Shown here one piece after another: positions 8,507 through 17,541 of a DNA stretch of 26,305 bases; position 1 is the first letter of the stretch; each line of letters opens with the position of its first letter. Below the pieces are notes generated by a model, which saw only the letters and a list, made by a program, of their open reading frames with translations, had not been told where the DNA came from and searched no databases. A program made the position numbers and the translations under genes. Source of the DNA: a virus (lineage: Duplodnaviria > Caudoviricetes); the IMG/VR virus record IMGVR_UViG_3300031683_000030, positions 1 through 26,305 of that record; one strand, written 5' to 3'.

Positions 8507-8560
8507 GTATTATACCGGCGTACTTTTAGTGAGTGACATGTTTAAATCCTTTTGTAAATG

Positions 8561-8567
8561 TATTTAT
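8561..8567 (-). promoter_or_regulatory. T4-late-like promoter box
   Basis: ATAAATAC directly at the end of the exonuclease gene. Confidence 0.5.
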
Positions 8568-9259
8568 TATAGTTGCATGCCGTAATATTGAGATAGGCGC
8601 TTGGCCCACTCTGTTGTCCAGTATGCAAAGTCTGCTGTTTCTGTTTCAAATAACTGCCATTCGCAATCACCACTGCACATAAAAATTGCAATACTCTCTA
8701 TCTTTGTATCAAACATTTCATTGTGTGCAATTGCATACGCAGCGCCCTGTAGAAAGTAATCGTCAATCCATTCACGTTTCTTAGGTTTATTTGTTTGCTT
8801 AAAGTCCATGATAGTAGGCTTGCCTTTGTAGATACCTACTAAGTCAGTTGTGCCAGCATATAAATTAGCTGCACATAACATAACTTCTGTTCCCCAAATT
8901 TCATCAATATCATTTTCGATATTTTCAATTACTACATCTGCCATTTTCTTGGCTTGGCGGTGTACAATATTATTGCCTGGATTATATGTGTCATATTGTC
9001 CTAGTGCCCAATGCTCTAGGATATTATGCATTACTGTTCCTCTATTAGCTGCAGATGTAGTAATACGTTGAGCTTCTTCTGTGCCAACACGTTTTCGCCA
9101 ATTAGCAAGAGCTGCTTGTTTTTCTGCAGGTTGAGTTGCGCTCAGTACAGTGGTAACGCTTGGCACGGGATCTCCATATGGATTTTCGTACATGCGTTTG
9201 CCGTCTACACTCTTGCGTGTAAGTTCTTTGTAATTGTATGTGGGAGTAATTGTTATCAT
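8567..9259 (-). CDS. PD-(D/E)XK exonuclease (phage Cas4/RecB-like, MGME1-type)
   Basis: PSVTTVL, RGTVMH, E-x8-AGTTD, MDFK, LQGAAYA motifs. Confidence 0.88.
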   Translation of the reverse strand: MITITPTYNYKELTRKSVDGKRMYENPYGDPVPSVTTVLSATQPAEKQAALANWRKRVGTEEAQRITTSAANRGTVMHNILEHWALGQYDTYNPGNNIVHRQAKKMADVVIENIENDIDEIWGTEVMLCAANLYAGTTDLVGIYKGKPTIMDFKQTNKPKKREWIDDYFLQGAAYAIAHNEMFDTKIESIAIFMCSGDCEWQLFETETADFAYWTTEWAKRLSQYYGMQL

Positions 9260-9265
9260 ACGTAT

Positions 9266-9294
9266 ATATTACAGTACATTTGGTATGATGTCAA
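9266..9294 (-). promoter_or_regulatory. sigma70-type promoter, predicted leaderless exonuclease mRNA
   Basis: TTGACA-N17-TAATAT-N6-ATG with no room for a Shine-Dalgarno. Confidence 0.75.
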
Positions 9295-9319
9295 GTGTTA
9301 TTTGCGGTTTTTTGGCAAT

Positions 9320-10126
9320 TTAACTTATAGCATTTTTTACAATATCAGGAGATGTTATGTACTCGAGTAATGCTATATTTCCCTTTAAGCTTAAATGGTG
9401 GTCATCTACTGCTACTACTAAACCGGCTTCGTATAATGCAATAGCCGGATTGGGTGTATTAGTGGGCACATTAAACTTAGTTACTAGGTGATCCATTACA
9501 TTATCACTGTATGTAGTTGTACATTTATAGTCTCTACCGTGCAGTTGATGAGTATCACCCCATTCTACTAGAAATATATTTTCAAAGTTATACATTGATT
9601 CTACTTCACTGTACCATTGTATTTCCCATGTGAGTCTTGCTTTTGCACCTGCAATTCCTGTGAAAAAATATTCAGGAATGGCTCTCACTGAAGTTTCTAA
9701 TTTAGCAATAATGTTATCGTTGTAATTAACTGCTTCGCCTTCTTCGGCACCTACGCAATGATTTGGGCCTGAATTAGCAGATCCCCACATAATCTCAAAC
9801 CCAGGTGCTAGCTCTTTCCAGTTATGTTCTTCATTTGTAACTCTAAATTTAAATGATTGGCCTTCGTTTGATGTTTCAGCGAATGTTGCCCACCTGCCTG
9901 GATATGTTCGCAACATAAACACAATATCAGCGCCCCATCTTTTTGCATCCAGTAATGCCCACTGGAAGTACTCAATACCTTTACCACCTTGGGAATAATT
10001 CCTGCAGATATGATTTGGATATTTTTTATGAAACAGATATGTCCAGTTATTTGTTCCTTGACTGGGTTGTTCGAGTGCGGAAAAATGACTACATCCTATA
10101 AATGCAATTTTTTTAGCTTGAGACAA
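9320..10126 (-). CDS. SGNH/GDSL-like hydrolase
   Basis: Block I IAFIGCSH, block II NYSQGG, block V DDHHLSLKGN; TTG start with GGAG Shine-Dalgarno. Confidence 0.6.
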   Translation of the reverse strand: MSQAKKIAFIGCSHFSALEQPSQGTNNWTYLFHKKYPNHICRNYSQGGKGIEYFQWALLDAKRWGADIVFMLRTYPGRWATFAETSNEGQSFKFRVTNEEHNWKELAPGFEIMWGSANSGPNHCVGAEEGEAVNYNDNIIAKLETSVRAIPEYFFTGIAGAKARLTWEIQWYSEVESMYNFENIFLVEWGDTHQLHGRDYKCTTTYSDNVMDHLVTKFNVPTNTPNPAIALYEAGLVVAVDDHHLSLKGNIALLEYITSPDIVKNAIS

Positions 10127-10155
10127 AGTGAAGCTCCATTGGAAGTTGCGTATAG

Positions 10156-10186
10156 AAATAAACAGGAAGACTATTCCTGTTTATTT
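10156..10186. terminator. Perfect 13-bp inverted repeat, bidirectional intrinsic terminator-like
   Basis: AAATAAACAGGAA-gacta-TTCCTGTTTATTT just after the stop at 10199. Confidence 0.7.
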
Positions 10187-10198
10187 TATAAAATAATA

Positions 10199-10468
10199 TT
10201 ATGTGTTTGTGCGAGTATGACCTGATCGAGAAGAACCAGTAGTTGTTTCTTCGTTAATTGCATGCATTTCTGACAAAAATGCATCACAGTCAGCTTCTAC
10301 TAAAAAAGTTAACGATGTTGAAATATTGCTAGTGCCTTCAATTGCGGTGTCAATTGCGCTTGTTAATTTACCACTGTCTATGTATGCGCTGATTATAACA
10401 TCAGCGCTACTAGAATTTGCCGCTTGATCTAGTTGCGGTGTGTATGTATATGTTAATACGTGTGCCAT
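10199..10468 (-). CDS. Hypothetical protein
   Basis: 89-aa ORF with AGGAG Shine-Dalgarno, followed by a terminator-like hairpin. Confidence 0.7.
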   Translation of the reverse strand: MAHVLTYTYTPQLDQAANSSSADVIISAYIDSGKLTSAIDTAIEGTSNISTSLTFLVEADCDAFLSEMHAINEETTTGSSRSGHTRTNT

Positions 10469-10509
10469 GTTATTCTCCTATTACAGCATTTGTTTAAGTA
10501 ATATTGTTA

Positions 10510-11121
10510 TTACCAGTATATGTGCCACTTGAAAGTTTTTCCAGTAGCGGAATTCGTTAATCGTTCAAGTTTATAACCTAAATTATTAAAATGCTTTATA
10601 ACAGAATTCATTTGATTTTCTAACTGTCTATCAGTTATTGTGCCTTGCCATGTAGTAAAGTAAGTTGTGCTAACAGGAGTAGGTGGAAGATATATGCCGT
10701 CTAACAAGCCAATTGCTGCGTTTGCAGTGCCTGTTCCAATTTCATATGACCACGATGCTGCCAACACAATAGTTAACACCAGATGTCCGCCATCTTTTTT
10801 GGCTGTTACACCAATAACTGCTGCATCATTTATATCTGATACGATACTATTTAAACTTGTGCCCGAAGTTCCTAATGTTATTGTACTGCCATTAATTATC
10901 AACGTGTCGCCTGCGTTAACAACTGGATCAACTTGTGTTCCAATCTTAAATGTGCTTGGCGTTGATTCTGTCATAGTAGTAGCGTCAGCAATATATGTAT
11001 CATAATTGCCTAATGCACTTTGTGTAATAACAGTTTCCATAATTGATGTGCATTCGTTAAACACGATCATATCTTGTGAACTTTTTGCTCTTGCTTGTGC
11101 TGCGTTTAATCCTATGTTCAT
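10510..11121 (-). CDS. Putative virion structural protein with a flagellin/sheath-insert-like beta domain
   Basis: GDTLIINGSTITL..TSLNSIVSDIN..GVTA..GGHLVLT pattern; TAATG overlap with the upstream gene. Confidence 0.55.
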   Translation of the reverse strand: MNIGLNAAQARAKSSQDMIVFNECTSIMETVITQSALGNYDTYIADATTMTESTPSTFKIGTQVDPVVNAGDTLIINGSTITLGTSGTSLNSIVSDINDAAVIGVTAKKDGGHLVLTIVLAASWSYEIGTGTANAAIGLLDGIYLPPTPVSTTYFTTWQGTITDRQLENQMNSVIKHFNNLGYKLERLTNSATGKTFKWHIYW

Positions 11122-11417
11122 TAGCCCATCTCTTTATCAATTTGTTTACGAGCAAGCTTAGACACTGTCTTTTCTTGCTTTTCAGGTGATTGCTCACCTG
11201 GGGCATTGTTTTTATTGAAAAACACTACATTATCTTTGACAGTATTTACAACGGGAATACTGTCTAGTAACTCTGTTAATTCTTGATTATCAATGCTCAT
11301 GTTGTTAGCTGATAACGTTTGTTGTATAGTATCCAATGAGAGTGATGTGGCACCTTCTGCTGTCATTATTGACAGCAAATCTATTAATGTGTGCTTTACA
11401 ATATCATTGTATCTCAT
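11121..11417 (-). CDS. Hypothetical protein (late block)
   Basis: Tightly packed 98-aa ORF with N-terminus MRYNDIV. Confidence 0.7.
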   Translation of the reverse strand: MRYNDIVKHTLIDLLSIMTAEGATSLSLDTIQQTLSANNMSIDNQELTELLDSIPVVNTVKDNVVFFNKNNAPGEQSPEKQEKTVSKLARKQIDKEMG

Positions 11418-11423
11418 ATTAAA

Positions 11424-12182
11424 TTAACTCTTTAACTGTGCAAATGCTTGCTTTAAGATAGTAGGATTAACACGGCCTTCTTTTTGTGCTTCTTTGATCA
11501 TGCGAACTGCTGCAAGATATGAATCTTCTTTCATTTCGCGTCCATCAATATCTGTGTCTACTTCTGCTGCATCAGCGCCGCTAAAATCATCTGCTGGCAT
11601 TTCCATATCAACGTCCATGTCTACTTCTGCACCCATTTCTGGTGCCATATCCATATCCATATCAGTAGGAGCCGGTGCTTGACCTTGGGCTGTTAATACT
11701 GCATTGCTTACTTGATCATTTGCTGACTTGACTGCTTCTAATGCTCCGCCAATTGCTGCTTCTGCTGCAGCACTAAATGCTTCTGCTTCTGCTGTGCCAA
11801 CTTCTTCTTTCATTGCATTTGTAATTGACATAAGATCTTCAACTTGCATACTTGCTAAGTTTTCTGCCATCTTTTGTAAATCATCTGCCATTTGTTTTGC
11901 AGCTAGTAGTACTTCAGCTTGATCTAAATCAGCTGATTCTTCTAGCTTCTTTTTTTCTAACGCCATGTTTATTCCTTCTGCAATTAGTAGTAGTTTTTGA
12001 AAATCTTTGTTACTAACGTCTTGTCCACTAGATCTAAGACTTTCAATTTTTCGTTGTGTTGATTCTTTAATTGCAGCTAATTTTGTACTAGGTGCATCAA
12101 AGTTTAATTTCAAACTGAACACTTCATCAAGCGTTTTCTTGAGAGTTGTTAGTTTGTTTTCTTGTAAATGTTGTAATTCCAT
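11424..12182 (-). CDS. Acidic coiled-coil protein, putative prohead core/scaffold
   Basis: Ala/Glu-rich helices, DMDMDM acidic linker, L-x-E motifs (LQE, LEE); late box at 12222. Confidence 0.55.
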   Translation of the reverse strand: MELQHLQENKLTTLKKTLDEVFSLKLNFDAPSTKLAAIKESTQRKIESLRSSGQDVSNKDFQKLLLIAEGINMALEKKKLEESADLDQAEVLLAAKQMADDLQKMAENLASMQVEDLMSITNAMKEEVGTAEAEAFSAAAEAAIGGALEAVKSANDQVSNAVLTAQGQAPAPTDMDMDMAPEMGAEVDMDVDMEMPADDFSGADAAEVDTDIDGREMKEDSYLAAVRMIKEAQKEGRVNPTILKQAFAQLKS

Positions 12183-12221
12183 ATTAGAAACCCCGTTTTC
12201 TGTTAAGTATTGCTTATATTG

Positions 12222-12228
12222 TATTTAT
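12222..12228 (-). promoter_or_regulatory. T4-late-like promoter box
   Basis: GCATAAATAC, identical to the 10-mer at 21101-21110. Confidence 0.65.
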
Positions 12229-12230
12229 GC

Positions 12231-12866
12231 TTAGAGCAGGCTTTTGATCTGTTTCTTAATAGAAGTTAGTTTAGACACTGCATTTCCTTGCTTTGCAAGT
12301 GCTACGTCTATCTTATAATCTTCAGTTAATGTTATTGTTTTAAATTTGTACATTGCTGCTTCAGCTAGATAGCTTGCATAACGTTCGTCTAATCTTACAA
12401 TTTTTTCAATCTTACCTGTGTTATTCTTAAACATTAGATGTTTAACAATTCCCATTGCACTTTCAAATAATGCAATGTCTTCGTGTACTAATGTATCAGT
12501 AGAATCTTTGATATTATAAAACTTTTTCTTTACAGTATCAATTACATATTTTTCTACTAACTCAATTTTATATTTACCTGCAATTTCAATAGTATCATGT
12601 GTTTGTACTGCTGTAGCTGCTATTAATGGAGTATCGTGCTCTGATTCTTTAAGAATGTTCACTGCTGCCTTACTTGTAGCTTTTTCTAACTTAGCTAATA
12701 TGTCGTACATTTCTCTAGCGTTTGTAGATACATTTGCACTAGATGCTGACGGCTGTGTATTGCTCTCATTTACTACATTACTGTCAGTAAATGGGTGCGC
12801 GGCTGCGGCTGAATTTAACTTGTCTAGAATGTCTTGCATTCCTCTGACATCTGATGCTGCTGGCAT
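12231..12866 (-). CDS. Hypothetical protein, putative head-internal
   Basis: 211-aa ORF, TAATG-coupled; VNES, LKES and LTED motifs. Confidence 0.7.
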   Translation of the reverse strand: MPAASDVRGMQDILDKLNSAAAAHPFTDSNVVNESNTQPSASSANVSTNAREMYDILAKLEKATSKAAVNILKESEHDTPLIAATAVQTHDTIEIAGKYKIELVEKYVIDTVKKKFYNIKDSTDTLVHEDIALFESAMGIVKHLMFKNNTGKIEKIVRLDERYASYLAEAAMYKFKTITLTEDYKIDVALAKQGNAVSKLTSIKKQIKSLL

Positions 12867-13072
12867 TACATACTCCTTGCTGGTTGATAATAAACTTTTT
12901 TACCTTCTACTATTTTCTTAACTAGATTCTTATTTACCAATGATTGCATTAAGTAAGCATCACGTAATGATAAATCATCTTTGCATATTCTAGTGTCAAG
13001 TGTTTCGTATAGTGTATGTTCGTATTTATTCACAAATGTGTGAATCCCACCTGGGGCTAAAACTGTTCTCAT
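12866..13072 (-). CDS. Small hypothetical protein, winged-helix-like
   Basis: LSLRDAYLMQSLVNKNLVKK..GKKVYY resembles a wHTH recognition helix plus wing. Confidence 0.6.
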   Translation of the reverse strand: MRTVLAPGGIHTFVNKYEHTLYETLDTRICKDDLSLRDAYLMQSLVNKNLVKKIVEGKKVYYQPARSM

Positions 13073-13074
13073 GT

Positions 13075-13608
13075 TTATCGTCTCCCAAATGCCAATTGCT
13101 TTAATCTTTCAATTTCAGCAGTGTTTTGGCTTGCTTGGTCGGATGCGTATCCTGCGGCATCTGCATTCTGACTACGTTGTACATCATCAGGATCTGCATT
13201 AGCTGGCATTCTGTTTGCGCCTTGGCCTGTTGGTTGCTTAGACGCTCCTGCTACTGTTCGTTGTGTTGCTGACGAGTCTCTATTTGCATCTTGTTGTGAG
13301 TTATTTGCTCTACGTTGTGCGTTTACATCTTTTGTTGTTTGTGCTTTTATTGTAGTTGACGTAGGCGTGATTGTAGCTTGTGTGCCATATCCTGCTTCAT
13401 CTAACTCGTCATCTGAATTATCTGGTTTAAATAAAGAAATGATTCCTTCTATTTCGTTTGATTTTAACATATCAACTAAATCAAGTGTTTGTGAGAAGTT
13501 AAATTGACGAAGTGTATTTGATATTTCTTCATCTGGGATCTCTACTCCAGACTTTGATTTAAGTAAGTCTTTTATAGTGCTAACAATATTTCCGTTGATA
13601 ATGTCCAT
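13075..13608 (-). CDS. Hypothetical protein with low-complexity Q/N/A/T C-terminal half
   Basis: 177-aa ORF in a compact operon; LDE-AG motif before the low-complexity region. Confidence 0.7.
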   Translation of the reverse strand: MDIINGNIVSTIKDLLKSKSGVEIPDEEISNTLRQFNFSQTLDLVDMLKSNEIEGIISLFKPDNSDDELDEAGYGTQATITPTSTTIKAQTTKDVNAQRRANNSQQDANRDSSATQRTVAGASKQPTGQGANRMPANADPDDVQRSQNADAAGYASDQASQNTAEIERLKQLAFGRR

Positions 13609-13609
13609 T

Positions 13610-13897
13610 TTATTTTCTCGCTTTGTTTAGTTGTCTTACAATCTTACTTTGTGGATTCATTCGTTTTGTGCGCTGGGCTTTTTTAGCCATACGCGAGCCT
13701 TTTGCGGCTTTTGTCTTTTTCATAACAAATCTCTTTTTTAGGTCTATTGGCCTTGAGCATTGTGCAGGTGATGCAACAACACGGCCTTTCCTTGGTCCTA
13801 CTGTACATCTGAATTTAGTAGTCACTGTCTTACCTCTACGTGCATAGACTACTTTTGCTTCAGTGACAATAGTGTTATAAGATTCATTTAATATCAT
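13610..13897 (-). CDS. Small highly basic protein, putative prohead core/DNA-binding internal protein
   Basis: Short acidic leader MILNESYNTIVTE followed by a K/R-rich body. Confidence 0.65.
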   Translation of the reverse strand: MILNESYNTIVTEAKVVYARRGKTVTTKFRCTVGPRKGRVVASPAQCSRPIDLKKRFVMKKTKAAKGSRMAKKAQRTKRMNPQSKIVRQLNKARK

Positions 13898-14179
13898 TTA
13901 TTGTAAGATTCCGTTCATACCTTGTAAGTTAAGTAATAGTAATACTATTGTACTTAGCAATCCTGCAATTACAGTGGCGGCGGCTCCAATTATTAACTTG
14001 TTTCCTGCGACCTTTTCTGCGGTAGCCCTGTCTGCCATCCCTTTTACAGAATCTGCAATCTCGTCTACCTTGGTTTCTAATCTATATAGTTTTTCTTCTA
14101 ACACGCGATATCTCTCCGCACATAAGTCTACATGTGCCTCTAGATTTTCACGCTCGAGTCTTGACTGTTGCATCGCCAT
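13898..14179 (-). CDS. Coiled-coil plus single C-terminal TM protein (XhlA/holin-like)
   Basis: Heptads LEEKLYRLETKVDEI followed by hydrophobic LIIGAAATVIAGLLSTIVLLLL. Confidence 0.55.
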   Translation of the reverse strand: MAMQQSRLERENLEAHVDLCAERYRVLEEKLYRLETKVDEIADSVKGMADRATAEKVAGNKLIIGAAATVIAGLLSTIVLLLLNLQGMNGILQ

Positions 14180-14252
14180 ATTTTTTATCCAAAAATTGTG
14201 TGCAGCCTATTAATGAGCTGATTTAATTACGTGTGTATCAAACACACAGTAG

Positions 14253-14259
14253 TATTTAT
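14253..14259 (-). promoter_or_regulatory. T4-late-like promoter box
   Basis: CATAAATAC overlapping the upstream stop codon. Confidence 0.6.
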
Positions 14260-14726
14260 GTGATTGGGTCAAAAATGAAGTACGTATTTAATTGCATTTC
14301 ATCATCTGTGTTAATCACATCATTTTCAATTGCAACAGTCTCGTTTAGCCCAGTATGCACAGGAATAAACTTAAAATCTTTTACTAGTAATGCAATATGT
14401 TCATTGTTATCTTGTAAAGTACGTTCTGTACCTGATGAAAATTCCAATGCCCATACTGTTTGATTAGTGTCGTTAAACGCACTGCCAAACTTATATTTAC
14501 TTGTATTTTGTTGTTGTAATATAGTTATACTATTTATAACAGGCTGTGTTCTAAGTCCCACTGTTTGCATAAATGTATTTAAATTTTGACTTTGAAAGAA
14601 TCCTACTCTGCTTGCTCTTGGCGAAATGACATTTGCGTCAGTTACGTCAATTAGCGTGTATATAGTATAGTACGTAACATGGTTGCCAATAATGACAGAA
14701 GGTCGTTGAGTTGTAGTTTGAAGCAT
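14256..14726 (-). CDS. Hypothetical phage protein
   Basis: 156-aa ORF; GCATAAGTAC box lies just upstream of the ATG. Confidence 0.7.
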   Translation of the reverse strand: MLQTTTQRPSVIIGNHVTYYTIYTLIDVTDANVISPRASRVGFFQSQNLNTFMQTVGLRTQPVINSITILQQQNTSKYKFGSAFNDTNQTVWALEFSSGTERTLQDNNEHIALLVKDFKFIPVHTGLNETVAIENDVINTDDEMQLNTYFIFDPIT

Positions 14727-14731
14727 ACTTG

Positions 14732-14738
14732 TACTTAT
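14732..14738 (-). promoter_or_regulatory. Variant late box (ATAAGTA), probably giving a leaderless transcript
   Basis: GCATAAGTAC-AAGT-ATG, one mismatch to GCATAAATAC. Confidence 0.5.
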
Positions 14739-14741
14739 GCT

Positions 14742-15467
14742 TTACAATTCAGTGAACTTACCTGCGGCGTATCCAGCTGCAAATGCTGCTGCTCCACGTG
14801 CTACACGTTTTCCAATTTTTCCAATTTTTCCACCAGCAACTCCGCTTGTTTTTGCAAACTTAGAAAATAACGGATACATGTCACTTCTACGCGCATCCAC
14901 TCTATAGTATCTATTAAGTTGTGATGCGACAAGTGTACGTTGTTCTGTTGATATGTTTGTCCAATTTGCCGTTAATCGCCTAGCTGCTCGTAATTTAGGA
15001 TCTGTGATCATTAAGTCCTTTTCTAGCTTAAACAGGAAAGCCTGAGCTTCACCTTGATTGATTGATCCGGTTTCGATTTTCTTTAAAAATTGTTTAATTT
15101 TTGTATCGTTTAGTTTTACTTTGTTCAGTAGTAACTTGTCTTTTTCATTAGTTAGAAATTCACCAGGCTTCTTTAATGTAAATAGTGTTTGATATAAATC
15201 AGTTCCACTAGGTGACGCTTGGTTGAATCCCCCGCGAGAGATTGTTCGTTTTGCATAGTCAGCTGCAACTGGTGCATGATTATAATCTTGGCTCATTGCA
15301 TATAAACTCATCATGCTTACAAACACATGATCTGTTATACTACGTGCGCCTTCGCTAGATATTTGTTGTTTGCTTTTAAACATACGAGCTTCGCCCAATG
15401 ATTCTATAAATGATAGATTCTTTGGGGTTTTATACATATCAGTTTCCATTGCTTTATCATTGCTCAT
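14742..15467 (-). CDS. Hypothetical protein, putative head-internal/ejection protein
   Basis: FIESLGEAR motif near the N-terminus; C-terminal basic Gly/Ala segment GAAAFAAGYAAG. Confidence 0.65.
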   Translation of the reverse strand: MSNDKAMETDMYKTPKNLSFIESLGEARMFKSKQQISSEGARSITDHVFVSMMSLYAMSQDYNHAPVAADYAKRTISRGGFNQASPSGTDLYQTLFTLKKPGEFLTNEKDKLLLNKVKLNDTKIKQFLKKIETGSINQGEAQAFLFKLEKDLMITDPKLRAARRLTANWTNISTEQRTLVASQLNRYYRVDARRSDMYPLFSKFAKTSGVAGGKIGKIGKRVARGAAAFAAGYAAGKFTEL

Positions 15468-16579
15468 TAGTTATTGTTCCGTTCTGCATTTGCTGCGGTA
15501 AATCCGCTTCTATTTACAAGCTTAACATCTTTGCCAATTACATATCCCTCGCCGCCCTTATTGCCGCCTGTTGTTGCTTCTATGTCTGCAGGGTGTGCAT
15601 CTAGTTGTGCAATGATGTCGTTTTTAATAGGCGTTATAGTGCGTATAAACGCGAATATAGCGTCTAGTCCACGCTGGTGCTGTTGTAGGTAAGGAACTAG
15701 TCTTTGTAGCTTAACGGCGCTTACTTTAGCTGTAGGAAGCCATTGTACAAAATGCTTGCTGCCTATTTTGTCAGTATTGCCTGTTTTAGCTAGGCTGTTC
15801 ATATACATGTATATGATATCTGGCAAGTTTTTCATTTTAAGTTCTGCTGGTGGTGCTAGTACTGCATCAATATCATTTGCTGCCGACTTAACAAACCCTT
15901 CTAACTTAACTAACTCTGCACTTTTAACATCTGGCGCTTGCGTTACAACTTGTGGTGGCATTACTAATAACTCGCCATCTGTAAAGATAGAAGTGTCTAC
16001 TGGTCCTTTGTTATTTTCAAAGTCCATATGTCCATGTAATACAACACCTGCTTTGCTGTTGGCGATTTCCTTGCCAATTGCGCTAGATGGGTCTACTGAG
16101 TATGCAGTTGTGTTAGGTTGAAATACTATTCTGTTATCTTGTAGTTGTGGAGTGTTGAACCAAAGTAGGTCGCCGAATACATATCCACGAAATCCCTCAG
16201 GCGTAGATGCTTCAAATGCTGGCCATACACTTTTCATGTTAGCAACAAATGGACCGTACGCTTCTGGATTTTTAGTATAACCAGGTCTGTTTTTAAACAT
16301 GGCTTCTAGTTCGTCTGCGCTCTTTGCTTTACCGTCGTATCCTTTTGCACCAAATCCGCTTTTATCACTAAGGATAAATTCTCCGTTTTCGTTGCGACCA
16401 AATATAACAGCTGGGCTTCCGTCCCATTTAATAGTTGTATCACCTGGATTACTTTCTAGTCCGTGCAATGAGGTTATTGCTTTTTGGGCGCCTGCAGCTC
16501 CATCCCATATAATGAGATCTTCTAGATGTTGTATTCTTGCTCCACCTGCTGCTTCCATTATAATTTCATTGATAATCAT
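15467..16579 (-). CDS. ATP-dependent ligase-fold nucleotidyltransferase (DUF6267-like, RNA-ligase-like)
   Basis: Motif I TIKWDG, motif III FGDLL, motif IV GEGYVI, motif V VKLV; HLED N-terminal motif; no OB domain. Confidence 0.7.
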   Translation of the reverse strand: MIINEIIMEAAGGARIQHLEDLIIWDGAAGAQKAITSLHGLESNPGDTTIKWDGSPAVIFGRNENGEFILSDKSGFGAKGYDGKAKSADELEAMFKNRPGYTKNPEAYGPFVANMKSVWPAFEASTPEGFRGYVFGDLLWFNTPQLQDNRIVFQPNTTAYSVDPSSAIGKEIANSKAGVVLHGHMDFENNKGPVDTSIFTDGELLVMPPQVVTQAPDVKSAELVKLEGFVKSAANDIDAVLAPPAELKMKNLPDIIYMYMNSLAKTGNTDKIGSKHFVQWLPTAKVSAVKLQRLVPYLQQHQRGLDAIFAFIRTITPIKNDIIAQLDAHPADIEATTGGNKGGEGYVIGKDVKLVNRSGFTAANAERNNN

Positions 16580-17541
16580 TACGCATAGTCCCTTAGTTCA
16601 GTGGGCAATCCCATTGCCTGTACTTTACCATCACGGGCAAATGTAGTGAATATTTTCTGTTGTATTTCTGTGCTGTAATTTTTCTTTACCGCGGCGTATA
16701 ATGTCTCGAAGCTGTATAAATCATCTGCACTATCAATTCCTAATACTTTGGCTATGTCGGGTGCTTGCTTCCACGGACCTTTAATTATTGTGTTTGCGTT
16801 CTTTTTAGTATAGCCTTGGCCGTTTTTCTTTGGCACTGGTCTGCGTACTACACGCACTAATCCGTCTGCTGAACTCCACATATAACGTTCTTGTTCTACT
16901 GGGCGGCCATCATCAATTGTTTCTTCGCTTGTTTTTACATCTCTAGTTGATGCCATCATTGATATCATTAAATTTCTATATGTGCCTTTGTAGTTACTAC
17001 TTCTGCCGTCTGGGTCCATTCCCTTTTCATGCGGTGAATGATAAAACATCTTCATCCATTCTGGGTCGCCTGGCATAAAGTCAATTTGTACTTTGCCTGT
17101 ACGCTGAATTCCATCTTTTGTATTTTCTGCGTTATAGCCTACTATATCAACTGACGTCATAAACACACTACTTTTAGTAACTGCATGTATCAATGACGAA
17201 GATTCTAGCTTTTCTGCAAAAGCAGGTAATTGTTCTTTTGGTAAATCTATAGCAATGTCAATGTCGCCGCTATATTCTTTTTTACCTACGCTGCCTAGTA
17301 CATTACTACGCAAATCAATTCCTAATTCTTTTTCTAATCCAGCTATAGTTGCATCAATCTCGCTGTGGTGTATTGCTCCAACACCCGGCATGCTTCCACC
17401 TTCTACAATAACTGGTACTGGTACTATTTCATTTAAATCAGCAGGAGTAACTCGATATAGATTATCTGGTTGCACCATACGATGTTTGCGGCTATCACGG
17501 TGTTTTCTTTTATGTGTGCCAACTATATCATTAACTTTCAT
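16579..17541 (-). CDS. Pol-beta superfamily nucleotidyltransferase
   Basis: LGSVGKKEYSGDIDIAID (GS...DxD) and a third acidic residue in VQIDFM. Confidence 0.75.
   Translation of the reverse strand: MKVNDIVGTHKRKHRDSRKHRMVQPDNLYRVTPADLNEIVPVPVIVEGGSMPGVGAIHHSEIDATIAGLEKELGIDLRSNVLGSVGKKEYSGDIDIAIDLPKEQLPAFAEKLESSSLIHAVTKSSVFMTSVDIVGYNAENTKDGIQRTGKVQIDFMPGDPEWMKMFYHSPHEKGMDPDGRSSNYKGTYRNLMISMMASTRDVKTSEETIDDGRPVEQERYMWSSADGLVRVVRRPVPKKNGQGYTKKNANTIIKGPWKQAPDIAKVLGIDSADDLYSFETLYAAVKKNYSTEIQQKIFTTFARDGKVQAMGLPTELRDYA

Noticed and set aside
8567-9259. Cas4-like nuclease as evidence of a CRISPR system
   Set aside because: No repeat-spacer array or other cas genes are seen, and the Cas4 four-Cys Fe-S pattern is absent; stand-alone phage exonuclease is the simpler call.
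11600-11662. ATATCC-type short repeats
   Set aside because: They simply encode the DMDMDM low-complexity linker and are not an independent DNA repeat element.
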